Shown here: positions 40,301 through 52,870 of the stretch, one piece after another
Numbering within the stretch: position 1 is the stretch's first letter
Layout of the letters: each line of letters opens with the position of its first letter
DNA from: Antedon mediterranea
Taxonomy: Eukaryota; Animalia; Echinodermata
DNA length: 64,000 nucleotides
Direction of reading: 5' to 3'
Assembly: GCF_964355755.1 (NCBI RefSeq)
Contig: NC_092670.1
Span: forward strand, 15,920,795 to 15,984,794
The notes under the pieces: model-generated
Told to the model about the DNA's origin: nothing
The model's input: the letters and a program-made list of their open reading frames with translations, nothing else
The model's database searches: none
Translations under genes and position numbers: made by a program

Positions 40301-43300
40301 TGCTGATGAGTAAACATGCAATTCCACATTTGACATTATTTTTTTGTAATTTGAGCCGCTTTAATCATTTTTTAATTCAGAGATAATATGTGCAAGTATT
40401 GGGTACCTACTGTAGACCGACCCCAACAATAAGCACATACAAATGGGTACCTAGACCGACCCCAACAATAAGCACATACAAATGGCTACCTAGACCAACC
40501 CCAACAATAAGCACATACAAATGGGTACCTAGACCGACCCCAACAATAAGCACATACAAATGGGTACCTAGACCGACCCCAACAATAAGCACATACAAAT
40601 GGGTACCTAGACCGACCCCAACAATAAGCACATACAAACGGGTACCTAGACCGACCCCAACAATAAGCACATACAAATGGGTACCTAGACCGACCCCAAC
40701 AATAAGCACATACAAATGGGTACCTAGACCGACCCCAACAATAAGCACATACAAATGGGTACCTAGACCAACCCCAACAATAAGCACATACAAATGGGTA
40801 CCTAGACCGACCCCAACAATAAGCACATACAAATGGGTACCTAGACCGACCCCAACAATAAGCACATACAAATGGGTACCTAGACCGACCCCAACAATAA
40901 GCACATACAAATGGGTACCTAGACCGACCCCAACAATAAGCACATACAAATGGGTACCTAGACCGACCCCAACAATAAGCACATACAAATGGGTACCTAG
41001 ACCGACCCCAACAATAAGCACATACAAATGGGTACCTAGACCGACCCCAACAATAAGCACATACAAATGGGTACCTAGACCGACCCCAACAATAAGCACA
41101 TACAGATGGGTACCTAGACCGACCCCAACAATAAGCACATACAGATGGGTACCTAGACCGACCCCAACAATAAGCACATACAAATGGGTACCTAGACCGA
41201 CCCCAACAATAAGCACATACAAATGGGTACCTAGACCGACCCCAACAATAAGCACATACAAATGGGTACCTAGACCGACCCCAACAATAAGCACATACAA
41301 ATGGGTACCTAGACCGACCCCAACAATAAGCACATACAAATGGGTACCTAGACCGACCCCAACAATAAGCACATACAAATGGGTACCTAGACCGACCCCA
41401 ACAATAAGCACATACAAATGGGTACCTAGACCGACCCCAACAATAAGCACATACAAATGGGTACCTAGACCGACCCCAACAATAAGCACATAAAAACCAA
41501 AAACTTGCTTATTATTTTTATTTAACTGTGAGCTATTGCTACATAACAAAACAGAACTTTTGACAAGTCATGGTTTAAGTTCAAATTGAAATTCAAGTCA
41601 ATAAGCCTTAAAGATGTATTGTCCCCCAAAAACATGAAATTGAAGATTAATCAAAGCAGACTTTGAATAGGTTGTTTTGTAGTTTTTATATAATCACTTC
41701 CATAGAGATAAAACAGAAAAAAAAAGTTTTCACTTATAAAATGACCAAATAAATGGTTAAATTCAACCAAAAACCAATTGACTGGCAGCCAATTTGACTA
41801 TTTTTTGCTTTAATTTATTAGTCAAAATTGTGGTGGATACCTATTATTACTGTATGTGACATTAAAATGGCATATTCAACATACATAACAAATTTTAAGA
41901 ATTATTTTTTCAGGGGTACAATACATCTTTAATATGGTGTAATATTGTAGTAAATGATTCAATATATTATATGCCGGCATTTTACCTTCTTTCCAACTCT
42001 ATCAACCTCATCCAAGAAGTATTTCACTGCATCAGTCTGCAAAATAAACAACGTAAAATGTTCTTTTAATTTGCAAACAAAAAAAAAGATTATTTTCAAA
42101 AAAGATTATTTTAACAATCATTTTAAAAGACAATAAAATTTGAATGTTGTTTCAAAAGGCTACAGAAATTGAGCAGTCTCTGTGAATCAGAAACAGTAGA
42201 ACAATTATAAAGGGGACCCAACAGAGTGTCCTCTCATTAAGGGTACTGGCTGTATTGTTAAAGCATAAATGTGAGAAAGTGTCACTCTCTGCATTAACAA
42301 TAGATTTGAGTGAGGTGGGATTATACTAGAGCCTGGAATTATGGTGATATGGTACTACTGTGTAGTGTACTGTACAATAATCATACTGTGTAGGTACATT
42401 TATAATTCAACATTAACTAAAAACTTAAGAAAATAAACACACATCACACAGAATAAACTAATATCAAGTAATAAACTATAATTTTTTCAGAACACTTGAA
42501 AGTAGTCTTGGTAATTAACATGAATTCTCATTAAACCAATATCAGAAGTGTTTCAAAGTAAATCAGGCTGGGACAATTACTGCATTACCTATCATCATAA
42601 ACTTACGTTAAACATACTATAGCCCTATTCAATACAGTTAATTGGTAACCTATATAGTCTTGGTATTATTTTAATTGGTTGGTAGTGTAGATCAGATATC
42701 CTTCTATATTCCTTCTAAGCTCTACAATACAATGCTGAAGATGTCTACAGTACAATGCTGAAGATGTCTACAGTACAATGCTGAAGATGTCTACAGTACA
42801 ATGCTGAAGATGTCCACAGTACAATGCTGAAGATGTCCACAGTACAATGCTGAAGATGTCCACAGTACAATGCTGAAGATGTCCACAGTACAATGCTGAA
42901 GATGTCTACAGTACAATGCTGAAGATGTATACAGTACGATGCTGAAGATGTCCACAGTACAATGCTGAAGATGTCCACAGTACAATGCTGAAGATGTCCA
43001 CAGTACAATGCTGAAGATGTCCACAGTACAATGCTGAAGATGTCCACAGTACAATGCTGAAGATGTCTACAGTACAATGCTGAAGATGTATACAGTACGA
43101 TGCTGAAGATATCTACAGTACAATGCTGAAGATGTCTACAGTACAATGCTGAAGATGACTACTGTACTTGGATTTAATCAATGGAAAGTTGAGAGGAAGG
43201 ACTTGGGTGTCAAAGTTCAAATTGAATGGGAATTCCAAAACAGTATATCAGTAGGGAAATACAAACGACATAAATAGTTGTAAACTGTACAGTACATACT

Positions 43301-44906
43301 CCTAATCGAAATTAATTATTGGTATTTAAATACTGTACATTAAAACTAAATAAATTCCTGTCATTACAATACTATTTTTTTTTTGGTTATTATATATCAA
43401 CTCGGCTGTGGCCTTGTTGATATATAACCTTTCATCATTCACCTCATGCCATTATTTGTACCATTTTACACTCATAAACATTCATTATTTGTATAATATT
43501 CATTATATAGGGCATTACTGTAATCACTATTGATTGCAATTGATAGACTGCTACCTGGACTACAAACCAATCTATCCATGACTGACAAGAGTTTAATATA
43601 TAACCTATTTGGGTCACTATTCATTTGTAAACTACTGATAAATTGAATTATGATAATGTAAGGGCACTTAACCAGGGTTATAATGATAAAAGCTCTATTA
43701 AAATATGTTTGTATAGAACAGAGTTAGCCAAAACTGGGTAAACCCCCCGCAAACAATTAAACAGTAATACTAATTTAGCCAACTGCAACCAATTTGGTCA
43801 CACGACCCATTTCTGCTGTGAAACAACAAATAACCGATTAATAAATTATGGATACACCCATGATCCCAATTTCTTGGCAACAGACACACAAGAAAAACCA
43901 GTTAAAATAAATGGCATTCTCAAAACAACGCTAATAATGGTGAGAAAATACCAAATTGAAGTAGAAACGTCATTTACAAGTAATATCGCCGAGTTGAGTA
44001 ACTGTAAAACGTAAAATAATGATTATTTTGATTGGATATTTGAATTTTTAGGAGCACAAACAAACTTAATATTATAAGGTTTATATAAAATTCTATGCGC
44101 AAAGCATGGTGGGAAGGGTTTGGGAGCAAATGTAATGACGCGTACGTACATGATTTGTTCTTTATACGTTTGCGCTCAAACCCTTCCCATCATCGTGCAT
44201 TGTACAATGACGTTCTTCACGAAATCCAGCTATTTGCGATAAACCTTTAAGCCTTATTAGAAGAAATGGGGTCAAAGACTCAATATAAATTAAAATCAAT
44301 CTACGTCTAACAAATCGAACATATTGTACGGTACAGCTAAAAAGGACAGTACTGTACTACTACTACATAGGGCTATACAAAATAATTTGTTGAAGACCAG
44401 CTAGGCCAGGCCATCATCGACAACCCTTCTTGCATGAATGAACTTACCAGTTGAAACTCTCTTCGCCTGGCGAACGCATCGCGGATTCCGTTATCCGACC
44501 ACAGTTGCTTACAGGCTGGCGCAAACGTTTGAAAGACTGCGGGATCTAAAGCTAGCTTGTTCTCATAGGACATAACCACAGCTGCGGGGTGCTTATTTTC
44601 GGGGTATTGCCACGGTATATTCAATTTATCCCGGGCGTCTACCAATACTTTCATCCCCTTTACAATGTTTGTGTAAATAATCGTACGGTACTCCCGCACT
44701 TCTTCGTCTCGGAAGTTCACGCCATGAATAATTTTCATCTGCTTCAGAAATGTACTCTTACCGCTCTCTCCTGCCCCTAATAACAGAATCTTTACTTCTC
44801 TACGTAGATACTGCTTTTCTTTGGCTAAAACTCTATCAATATTTTTACTTATAGCCTGTTTCCTTCGTTCATCTTCGCTCAAACAGCAGGTTAGTAAACC
44901 AGCCAT
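31361..44906 (-). CDS. GNA13: Guanine nucleotide-binding protein alpha-12/13 subunit (concertina-like), 359 aa, 3 coding exons
   Basis: Exons 44906-44448, 42036-41986, 31930-31361 (459+51+570 nt, all phase 0, GT-AG). Motifs: [69 protein letters not shown], and C-terminal [12 protein letters not shown] typical of the G12/13 class. Probably co-orthologous to GNA12 and GNA13. Confidence 0.95.
32775..32872 (-). mobile_element. tRNA-derived SINE, internally deleted copy
   Basis: B-box GGGTTCAATCC on the minus strand; homologous to 60586-60700. Confidence 0.6.
33104..33403 (+). repeat. 5' LTR (300 bp)
   Basis: TGTAGAGG...CTCACTAA; duplicate of 37603-37902; TATA-like TATATAA at ~33305. Confidence 0.95.
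33406..33423 (+). promoter_or_regulatory. Primer-binding site complementary to the tRNA-Trp 3' end
   Basis: TGGTGATCCCGACGTGAT versus the expected TGGTGACCCCGACGTGAT (one G:U wobble), 2 nt after the 5' LTR. Confidence 0.85.
33516..34367 (+). CDS. gag: Gag (CsRn1-type, CHCC zinc knuckle)
   Basis: [34 protein letters not shown], and [18 protein letters not shown] (Cx2Hx9Cx3C). Confidence 0.93.
   Translation: MARPSPVRGTPIKMAARMDKAPPVAAAVSLKLPPFWPNDPLIWFAQVEAQFVTRGITAEETKYSFIIASLPPNIAQEVRDLLLSPPYQRPYTHLKSELVKRTSVSEQKRLHQLLTTEELGDRKPSQLLRKMYQLLGDRDLETSILKQLFVQRLPTNVQLILASTREDMDLSDLAALADKILEVSPPPPTIATTIKDTGARATSDELRELRAEVSKLTSLVSSLAKQVRGRSRSKQRESRKRSPSATSNDGLCWYHHRYGNKAHKCNSPCSFSSQKAGNDQASD
34343..34407 (+). 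promoter_or_regulatory. -1 programmed ribosomal frameshift signal (G_GGA_AAC plus H-type pseudoknot)
   Basis: Slippery heptamer at 34343-34349 in the gag frame, then a 6-nt spacer. S1 GCCAGC 34356-61 pairs with GCTGGC 34382-87; S2 AGACGGC 34368-74 pairs with GTCGTCT 34401-07. Confidence 0.8.
34343..37501 (+). CDS. pol: Pol (protease, RT, RNase H, integrase), expressed by -1 frameshift
   Basis: LVDTGA protease; RT GDYRALN, FSKIDL, MPFGL, YIDD; RNase H DAS, ELLA, TDHKPL; integrase HSLSH..CLKC, DLVG, TDRG, NGLVER, GPF. Uninterrupted 1060-aa ORF in the -1 frame relative to gag. Confidence 0.95.
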   Translation, partial: GKRPSQRLETATAAGVGEGSRLFFISDRTSGLRFLVDTGAEVSVLPPSITDKLHRKTDFVLQAVNKSTISTYGERSLTVDFGFRRTYRWIFTVADVPNAIIGADFLRRFGLIVDLKNRKLFDATTSISVKGIECTLASLSPVFPTPKVNPRFQEILNKYKTITKPCFRNGSVKHNVTHQINTNGLPVCARPRRLSSEKLKIARAEFDHMLQLGIIRPSDSNWSSPLHMVPKGTTGDWRPCGDYRALNNVTVPDMYPIPHIHDFTATLSGCKIFSKIDLVRAYHQIPVDPKDISKTAITTPFGMFEFLRMPFGLRNAAQSFQRFIDQVLRGMNFVYAYIDDLLIASMDTAEHELHLQALFKRLDEFGIIVNPSKCVWGVSSLQFLGHQINEFGIQPLRSKVEAIEQFPVPDTVRKLREFLGLINFYRRFIPRCSDLIHPLTDLLVGKPKKAIELSPTEIESFNKVKYALVESTLLEHPHPDAALCLMVDASNCAVGGVLQQMVAGIWHPLAFFSRRLNPVERRYSTFGRELLATYLAVKHFRHVLEARTFYILTDHKPLTHALRSSADRYSPREIRHLDYVSQFTTDIRHVKGSENTVADALSRMDLNAVSASSERSIDYDVMARHQPKDAELLEHQHKSVFKLRDVPIATSGGTIVCDVTTGNHRPFVPKGMRRLVFDSLHSLSHPGVRASLKLIASRYVWPGMNSDVRTWAKCCLKCQKNKVHRHTVTPLGTFATPDIRFDHVHIDLVGPLPVSDGYTYLLTCIDRFTRWPEAISITNITAETVAKAFVTVWVSRFGAPSTITTDRGRQFESALFTALSNMLGTKRIRTTSYHPMSNGLVERFHRQLKVSLKAQDDPQKWSETLPLVLLGLRTAVKVDLGCSSSELVYGATLKLPGQFVAPTDIASHEPANYVHRLQRHMQNIRPVPTRANQRTAQIHDDLRECTHVFVRCDSVKKPLQSPYNGPFKVLNRTDKYFVLSIAGKHETVSLDRLKVAYVNNGKAINNFPESSRQPEAGLSPTASAIPVAPPPRQTRSGRHVHWPRKLADYDCG
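37603..37902 (+). repeat. 3' LTR (300 bp)
   Basis: Preceded by the polypurine tract TAGAGGGGAGCTGA and followed by TSD AAACT. Confidence 0.95.
38168..38298. mobile_element. MITE family A, degenerate copy
   Basis: AGCTTGGTTCCCATTTGGACGCAA...CGTCCAGGTAGATACCAAGCT. Confidence 0.6.
39813..39967. mobile_element. MITE family B copy
   Basis: AGCTCTGTCTACACTATCAAACT ... AGTTTGATAGTGTAAACAGAGCT. Confidence 0.8.
40413..41491. repeat. 39-bp minisatellite (AGACCGACCCCAACAATAAGCACATACAAATGGGTACCT)n, ~27.5 near-identical copies
   Basis: Head-to-tail units with no spacers, in G-alpha intron 2; source of the [13 protein letters not shown] repeat ORF. Confidence 0.97.
41612..41928. mobile_element. MITE family C (Kolobok/T2-like)
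   Basis: TTAA|AGATGTATTGTCCCCC...GGGGTACAATACATCT|TTAA. Confidence 0.75.
42721..43158. repeat. 23-bp minisatellite (TCYACAGTACAATGCTGAAGATG)n, ~19 copies
   Basis: Tandem units directly visible in G-alpha intron 1. Confidence 0.95.
44077..44246. mobile_element. Palindromic MITE family D, copy 2
   Basis: AAGGTTTAT..GGTGGGAAGGGTTTG..CAAACCCTTCCCATC..TATTTGCGATAAACCTT; homologous to 3362-3510. Confidence 0.6.
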
Positions 44907-44956
44907 GTTGAACGCACCAAGTTCAGCTCTCGATCTCAGAGTTTATACCACACCCA

Positions 44957-44975
44957 TGACGTCATAACCGGAAGT
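44957..44975. promoter_or_regulatory. CRE (TGACGTCA) plus ETS (ACCGGAAGT) composite in the G-alpha proximal promoter
   Basis: Perfect consensus sites 2 bp apart, ~50 bp upstream of the G-alpha ATG. A second ATGACGTCATAACC occurs at ~46046. Confidence 0.6.
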
Positions 44976-46496
44976 AAATACACTCCATGAGAGAACTCTA
45001 GGTTTTGATTTTGACCTTTTCAATATTATTTTAATAATAAATACAAACGCAAAAGATGAAAATGCACTCATTTCTAATACATTAAAATCATAGTAATTTT
45101 TTTAAACAAAAAAATAAATAAAAAAAATTACCATTGTGTTTGTTGTCAATGAAATATTAATACTCGATAATATACCATAATAATTAAATCCAGGAGCAAT
45201 TTAATATTTAATTCAATTCCATTTTGTCTTTAATTAGTTTTAATTAGTTAATATCTGTTGGTTTCTAAGTTTTGATTGAACTGAATAGTTATCGTATTAA
45301 TTACGTATTTTTTTATTTATTTATTAATTTTTTTATTTTAGTTGCAAACTAATAATGCAAAAATATTAGCCTATATCAGTGACATACTTTATTTAGGAGA
45401 CTCCAACACACTAGCAAAATATCATAATTATGATGATGAAAATCTAATTATCTCTCACGTCATGACTTATGTTTGGTTTAAAATATTTAATTATTATCAT
45501 TTATAATGCGTTAAAATGATCAATAAATAATATTGTTCAATCTAGTGTTATGTATAAGTGTATGTCGCCCTCTATACGACAATAAAAAACTTTAAACAAA
45601 CTTCATGACAAGAGACTCCAATCCGTATATTAAATCATGGAGGTCTTTTTTATACCGATGTCCGTCTGTCCGTGTTTTGGTATGATTATTCTCTGTGAAT
45701 GTTTTAAGCTTAAGCATGGCTAAGTACTTAGCACTTAAAGGAAGTATTTCAAAGAAACTGAATAGTAACATTTACCAGTACATATTTAATATAGTTATTG
45801 AAACTGACACCCTCTGACAGAACAATATTTATGGTTTTCATTAAGACGCAGATTTTGATTTTGATCCGCCACTGAAATAGTATATTATTGACTGATGTGA
45901 TTGATATAATATACATTAGTTATGAATGAACGTCAAAGGGCAACAAGCATATCTATTGTTATTTCGTATGACGCGCCAGTCATTCAACTGGCTTGACCCA
46001 GGATATATTCAATGATAAAACTTCCAGTTACCTTGACCATTTATTATGACGTCATAACCAACAGAGACATCATGCATTTCCTGGACCGAATGTAACAGTG
46101 TATGCTATAGAAAATGACATGTTGAAACAATAAAACATTTTATACTACGATCTCCATGAACATACTATACATATCCTACAATTTTTCCATGTTCACATTT
46201 TTATATATGAAACAATACAGATTTGATTTGATTTTGAAAATAAAGGTTTTGATTGTTGAGTTAGTGGCGGGCAAATATAAGTAGTTCTAGTTCATATTTG
46301 CATAACATATAGAGAATTTTATAAGTTACTGTGTAAGTAATAATTACTTTTAGTTCCCATTTTCCCAGACAGACTATTTACCCTTTTTATTGAAAAATTG
46401 CTCTACCTATTCATTCATTAGGTTGATTATCATGACCCTCTCTCAATGCTCCAGTCCATTTCATAACTGTTAATTAAATCAAATTATAGTGATTAA

Positions 46497-46710
46497 ATAT
46501 GTATTGTCCTTAAAAAATCAGACATTGAATAGGTTATTTCGTAGTTTTAATCAAGTTAATCCCTTCAGTTTTTTTATTTAAATTACAGTTTTTCAGGTAA
46601 ATACATTTTTTTTTTCCAAAGTGGATAACTATTAGTATTATGTAACATTAAAATTCCATATTCAACAACAAAAATTTGAACAATTATTTTTTCAGGGGAA
46701 AAATACATCT
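46497..46710. mobile_element. MITE family C, degenerate copy
   Basis: TTAA|ATATGTATTGTCC...GGGGAAAAATACATCT|TTAA. Confidence 0.6.
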
Positions 46711-48659
46711 TTAAGTCACTGTTCCCCAAACCGTGGTTATCATCTTAACATGAAGAACAGAACAACTAAATGACAATCTGATTCAATGTTTTATAACTAA
46801 AATAATGAATTCTTTATTATAAATATCTCATAAATGTACACTTGAAAACAATCATATACCTATCAATATCAATCAATTCTAATCAATATAATCAATAACT
46901 CTCAATATTGTTCACTCTATTCTAAAGCTAAATTTGTATTATTTATTTCAAAACACAGAAAAGTACTTCTTTGAAAAAAAGTATGGTGCATTAAACAAGT
47001 ATTTCATGGAATGGGATTATATAGTACTTTTGTGAAGATAAAAAAAGATAGAGAATTGCAAAACCGAACAGGTATTGGGTACAAATTGATAATTGAAACG
47101 TCAATGAAACTATTAATCTTAATATTTAGGTGTACCATTACATACTGTGTAGATTAAAATTAATTTTCTAATTATTAAATAAACTATAATGTACCTATCT
47201 ACATTTACTTTTATTTATTTTAGATAAAAGGTGTATTTGTAATAATTTGCAATAGATTCTATATTTATAATTTAAATTATTTACTGAATAAGTTTTTTAA
47301 TACAAAAAGACCAAACATAAAAGAAGTGCTCGTTCTCGAATTTGTCTTGAGTAACCTTACTCATAATACCTTGCCTATATATAGCTACAATATATATATT
47401 TATATATCTTTAATGACTTAGCTTCCACCAATTCCCTCATAGTACAACAATCTATTTGAAGAACACAATAAAGAACATACGAATAATTTACAATTGCTCA
47501 TGTATTCAACTATGTTTGATTTACATGATACATGTCCCAAGGGTTCTGAAAACTGCTGTTAATTCATGTTTTACAGCTAATAAAGTTACACTCATAGTGA
47601 ATAGTGTTAAGTCATTCAATTCAAAGACATTGTGTCCCCCGAGTGAGACGGCCTGAACCATGCTGTCCCCATGACAAGGTTGCGGCGGGGTTACAATACT
47701 TGAAGCCCACACGCTCGCAACTACATTGATTAGTGTCCAATTAAATAGCTTTGAACCCGCAAGGAAACGTGTTAATTGTTGCTCCCGTTGGTACGCCTCA
47801 ACAATCAATGCCATTAATGAAAAAAAAGTATCTCCTCTCGATCAGAACTTGTTTTAATTTTACGAAAACCCAGGACGAAATGCGATACTGTCCAGGGTTT
47901 TCAACATTAAAAATTGATTGAAACAATCAACAAAAAATATAACCAACATGTCGAAAAGACAAACCTTAAATTAAATATTCGCAAATGTGTTATTTTCAGA
48001 GCAAGAACTTTACTTAAATCTAAAAATAAATATCCAATTTTAACCAAATATATTTTCATAATAATAGAAATAATATGAATTGCTTTACAATGTAATAAAG
48101 CAGTCAATAAATAACTTACTATTATATAAAAATCTAGAACATGTAAAGAAATATAATTATAATAATAATATAATATTACAGTAACAATATATAATTCTGA
48201 AGCATATCTATGTATGTGAAAGGCATAAATTGCTATATTCTATAATTTTTAACTAATACAAATAAAAATGTTTATAACAATTTAAAGTGTTTTTAAAGAA
48301 TACCAACTTACTTAAATAATGAAAAATCTGTGTATATTACAACAATTGCAATGTGTTATTGCGTGCTGCAGGCATCTTCTATTCTACCAATTTTCAATAG
48401 AAACATTTTCACAAAATGACAATTGAATAAAAACAGTGCTGGTAATCAATAAAATATTGAGTAATACAAAACACTTTAAATAAATAATTTTAAAAAATAC
48501 CACAGCTTTCAGAACAATTACATCTGGTTTCTTCTTTCATCAGAATAATTGCGTCTAATTTCAAGAGTTAATTTGTCAAAATTAAAATTTGAATACGAGT
48601 ATTTAGATGACAAACAACGCTCAGTTATTTTTCCTTTTACACTCATATTCATGAATTTA

Positions 48660-50773
48660 CTATTTTGTATAATCTCTCCCCGTCGTAACTCTGATTACTT
48701 GCTTCTCTGGCATCCCTGCTTGCGACATTCGTGAACCCTCACCTTGGTCGATCCGTAATTTCGGCTGACTGGCTACAAATTTCACTCTTTCTGAGCTTTT
48801 CGATCTTGCAAAGTTTAATAACGCATCATATTTGGATTTCAAAGAATTGAGTTCAACTTTTTGTTTGTTGTTTTCATGCGCCAACTTATTCACTTCATCT
48901 TGGAGTTTTTTTTGCTCGGACTCAAGAACATCTTTTTGCGACACTCTCTTCTCTCGACAGTTAGCAGCATAACCACGGTTTTTAAGAGTTCTTCTGCGTT
49001 GTTTCAGATTTAGAACTTGGTCACGAGGCAAGCCTCGTAATCGGCGGTTTAACTCGCGGACAGACAAACTAATAAGTTCATGATCAGATATCACAGGCTG
49101 CTCTTCCACAGATTCTTGCTTTATCTGAAATTGCATAAAATCAAATATTCTTTAAATTCAAACACATTCTTATTTCCTTTTCTTGGGAAAGCCATAAAAT
49201 AATATTTTGAACATGTAAACAACATTTTTTTGTAAACAACATTGACAAATAAAAACATACATACATTAAACATAAAAAATCCAACTTAAAATACAATGTA
49301 AAAGATAAAGAAAAATGCTATAGAAAATGATGAAAGCAAAAACATAGGTACCATCTTTAACATAGATATTTTGTGCTTTTGTTGCATAGTTCAATGAATT
49401 CATCAGACCATAAAAAAAACACAAAAGTGCAAAAAAAATTACAGAAAAGATTTCAATAGAGAGGTGATATTAGATATTTGACATTGCGCTTTTACATTGT
49501 TATTACAAATTTAATAGGTACAAAGATGTTGAAATCAGTGATAACAATTTTAACTACTTTACTTTGAAATACACATAACATTCAAAGAGTATCTATTTTT
49601 TATCCTATTCTGTACATACTCAATAATAGCAGAAATTTGCGACAATAATAATAATTATTATTAATATTCAGTAAATATTTAAAACATTATGTTACCTGCC
49701 CAGTTGGCGATAGCAGTGAAAAGGACGGCATAATTGCTTCAGTATACATGCAAAGGAATTATTGGTCCAACAACAGATTAAACAAATTGAACAACTTTTG
49801 TAACCAGTGAAAATCAAAAGTTTATAATTCCAAAATTAGGACGGTATAAACAGCACGTTGAAATCCAAAAGATTAATAAATCGTAATTGATCGTTGACAA
49901 GACTAAACAGCAGACACACAATATGGCGGTGATTGTACAATGAATGTTGGTTTACAACGTCTCGCGATCAAACGGTATACTAAGTACGAGAATTACATCA
50001 ACATCTCGGAACGACATTCAACGGGAATGATGTCAGCATTTATGAAAAATAAACGCCTTCAAAACAGGTAAAATGAGGCGCATGTGCCAAAATTTGGAGG
50101 TGTTTACGAAAGTACTCTTAAATAAATTGTCTATGCTTATAGTTCGAAAAGACAATAATACACTTGTCTAGGATATTCCACTTTCAAAAGGGGATAAAAT
50201 TAACATCCAATAATAACACAAAATATAATATAAATCACTGAACCTAACCTTGAATTAATGTTGTATTATACTTTGAGGTTTCATTCAGGTTAAATACAAT
50301 CTCCTTAAGAACAACTAACAAATGAATTTTGAAAGAAAAAACATGAAGGTTATCCCCCTATGAAACAATGGATGAAGCCATGACAATGCAGAAGCCAACA
50401 CTAAGCAAAAAATGCTGACAAATCATTACAGATTGAAAATGAACTGACTCAAGATTGGACGCAAAAAAAGGAGGAAGAATGAACGCTGTTAGTGACTGCT
50501 TCTGATCACAGACATCGTCTGATGAATGATTGCTACATTCTATGGCCTATTACCTGTCAAATGTCACACATTTTGTCACAAATCGGTGAAAATATGCAAC
50601 ACTCTAAGAATCAGTCTATGATGACTGATCCAACACATTAGGAATTGTGTGTGATAAAACTTGAAACATGCAAAACTAATTATGTTACATAATAATTCAC
50701 ATCTCTCTTAATTTATAATTAAAACATTAAGTTGACTTACTTTAATATTTGGCGGTCCTGCTTTCCGCACCAT
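48660..50773 (-). CDS. MAFK: Small Maf bZIP transcription factor (MafK/G/F-like), ~165 aa
   Basis: Main exon 49124-48660 (acceptor tttcag|ATA): IKQE SUMO motif, [22 protein letters not shown], basic region [18 protein letters not shown] and a leucine zipper, with no N-terminal activation domain. First coding exon 50773-50741 ([11 protein letters not shown]|gtaagt) or alternative 49731-49696 ([12 protein letters not shown]|gtaac). Paralogue assignment among MafF/G/K cannot be resolved. Confidence 0.9.
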
Positions 50774-52487
50774 CCTTCTTTAAAAGTCGTCAAAACAAAT
50801 AGGTAATGCTCCTATGAATTTAAATCAGATTCAACATAGTAGATTCATAGATACCATATTGATGGATGGAAAAAGTTATAAAATATTAATGTTTAAAATG
50901 CTTAATCTCTTTACACTTTCAAGACATCTTTAAGAAACATTAACTGAACTGAAAAGTATGGAGAGATGATGTCATAGATTTAGACAAATTAGATGCTATA
51001 TTTCAAAAAATAAAAACAGTATATTTATTTTATTTAATTATTTCATAAAAAAAGTATTTAATTAGTAGTTTCTTCGACAGTAGAAATAAGTTTTCTACTT
51101 CTATATGTTTATTTGAATTTTTAAATGTATAAATAATATAAAATCTGTTGTTTTAAAAGTGTTTTCTTTTAACTACTAGAAGAACAAACTGTTGTTTTTT
51201 TAGACTTTTTTTTTTATCAAACATGTTGACATAATACATTTTTATGTATTGATTGGGAAAAATTTAAATTATTATTAAACAATAAATTAAAATGATTAAT
51301 ATTAAATTATTAACAATATTGAAAAAAACACCATATGGAATAAAAGATCTGCGTCGACCGCAATCTTAAACATGTCAATAAATTGCATTGTCATGATGAT
51401 GAAGTATTCTCTCAATAGATAACATTTGAAATATTAACTTTTGAAAAAAATATACAAAACCACGCAAAAAAGTATTTAATTTTTACACTATATTTTGTCA
51501 AAGAATTCTTACAATCCATCATGAAATCAATTGTTAGACTAATCAAGCTTTGTGACAAAAAAAGTGTGATGTGCCCATATATGTCATATCACTACCATTT
51601 TTGGGGATATCACTACCATATTTGGGGATATCACTACCATATTAGGAAATCTCCCTACCATATTTGGGGCTTATCATTTGGACACTTTTTTTGTCAAAGT
51701 AGTTTGATAGTGTAGACAGAGCTTTAGAAAAGATCATTAAGTGCCCAGTATACTACCTAATTACTGTACCAACCAAGGTTTGACAGTCAACATACTGTAC
51801 TAGTATTTACACACTTTCATATTTCTCAGCATGAAATAATGAATACACTAATTAACACACACTAGAGTACACTGCTTCAGATTAAAAGCTATACTTTAAA
51901 ATAAATATACTGTACATTTTAATAAAATACCTTGTGTGTATTGGATAACAATATTAAGCCCATCTAATAGACAACTACTGAATAATGTCGTGAGCACACT
52001 ATTTGTCATGATGTATACATGAAGTAAAATCGTTATCCGGACTGGTTTGGTTAGTGTCGGCCATTTCCCGGTCAGTACAGTGGTCAACGCAACTTGTGTT
52101 GCACCTGTACAATTTTAAATAATAAGCTCTGGAACGCTTATATTATGGTAGTGCCCTCTGTATATATTTTTCTGCCAATATTGCGATTTTTATTTCAGAC
52201 TGGTGAGAGAGAAGAGGTCATCGTAATAATTCAGATTATTAATTAATATTTGACAGATTTACATGTTGACCTTGTGACACTAGGAAATGCCCAACAACTT
52301 CCTATAAATTCCTTTCACTTCTTGCAGTCAATATACTGTAGTAATGTAATTAATATATCATTGAAAAGAAACATAGGTTTCTTTTATTTAATATAATAAT
52401 TGGTAATTATATTAAAACATACTATACATGGTGATCTAAATATGACATTCATTGTAATTTTGGCCACCCGGGTTTTTGTTGTAACTT

Positions 52488-52870
52488 TTCAATTCAATTT
52501 TTTAATTCAAATTAACATTTATTTCTTCCACAATAAAATAACAACAAATATCCAATATAAATTGTAAAATGAAGGAAGAGGGCAAAACTCAAAAAGTAAC
52601 GCCAGATAAGTGTCGAGCAAGCCCTAAATGAATGATAGAAATAAAAATTACAAATTCATAAACGTACACAAACACACAGACAGGACAGGGCAAGTAAAAA
52701 GCGAAAAAAAGAACAAACGATCATGCGATATAAAAACTGAGGATGGTATAAAAAAAAAAATGTTATAAATCATATTTTGACAAAAGAAATGTTTTGGCTT
52801 TAGGGGGTTGCAATGAATTCAGGAGGAAGGTCATTATATAATTTAACACCGCTATAACTTTGTACTGTAA
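52488..52870 (-). mobile_element. 5'-truncated CR1/L2-group LINE 3' fragment
   Basis: Minus strand encodes YSGVKLYNDLPPEF (ORF2 C-terminal motif), followed by a UTR, AATAAA and a (TTGAA)n tail. Confidence 0.55.

Noticed and set aside
40390-41549. 367/380-aa repeat proteins (mucin-like or membrane-like) or a CRISPR array
   Set aside because: A 39-bp intronic VNTR (a multiple of 3) with almost no variation and no spacers.
42745-43146. Cys/His-rich repeat ORFs
   Set aside because: Translation of a 23-bp minisatellite cycling through reading frames.
49125-49136. ATG start of Maf at 49136 (MQFQ)
   Set aside because: It lies within the splice-acceptor tract (tttatgcaatttcag); upstream phase-0 coding exons provide better starts.
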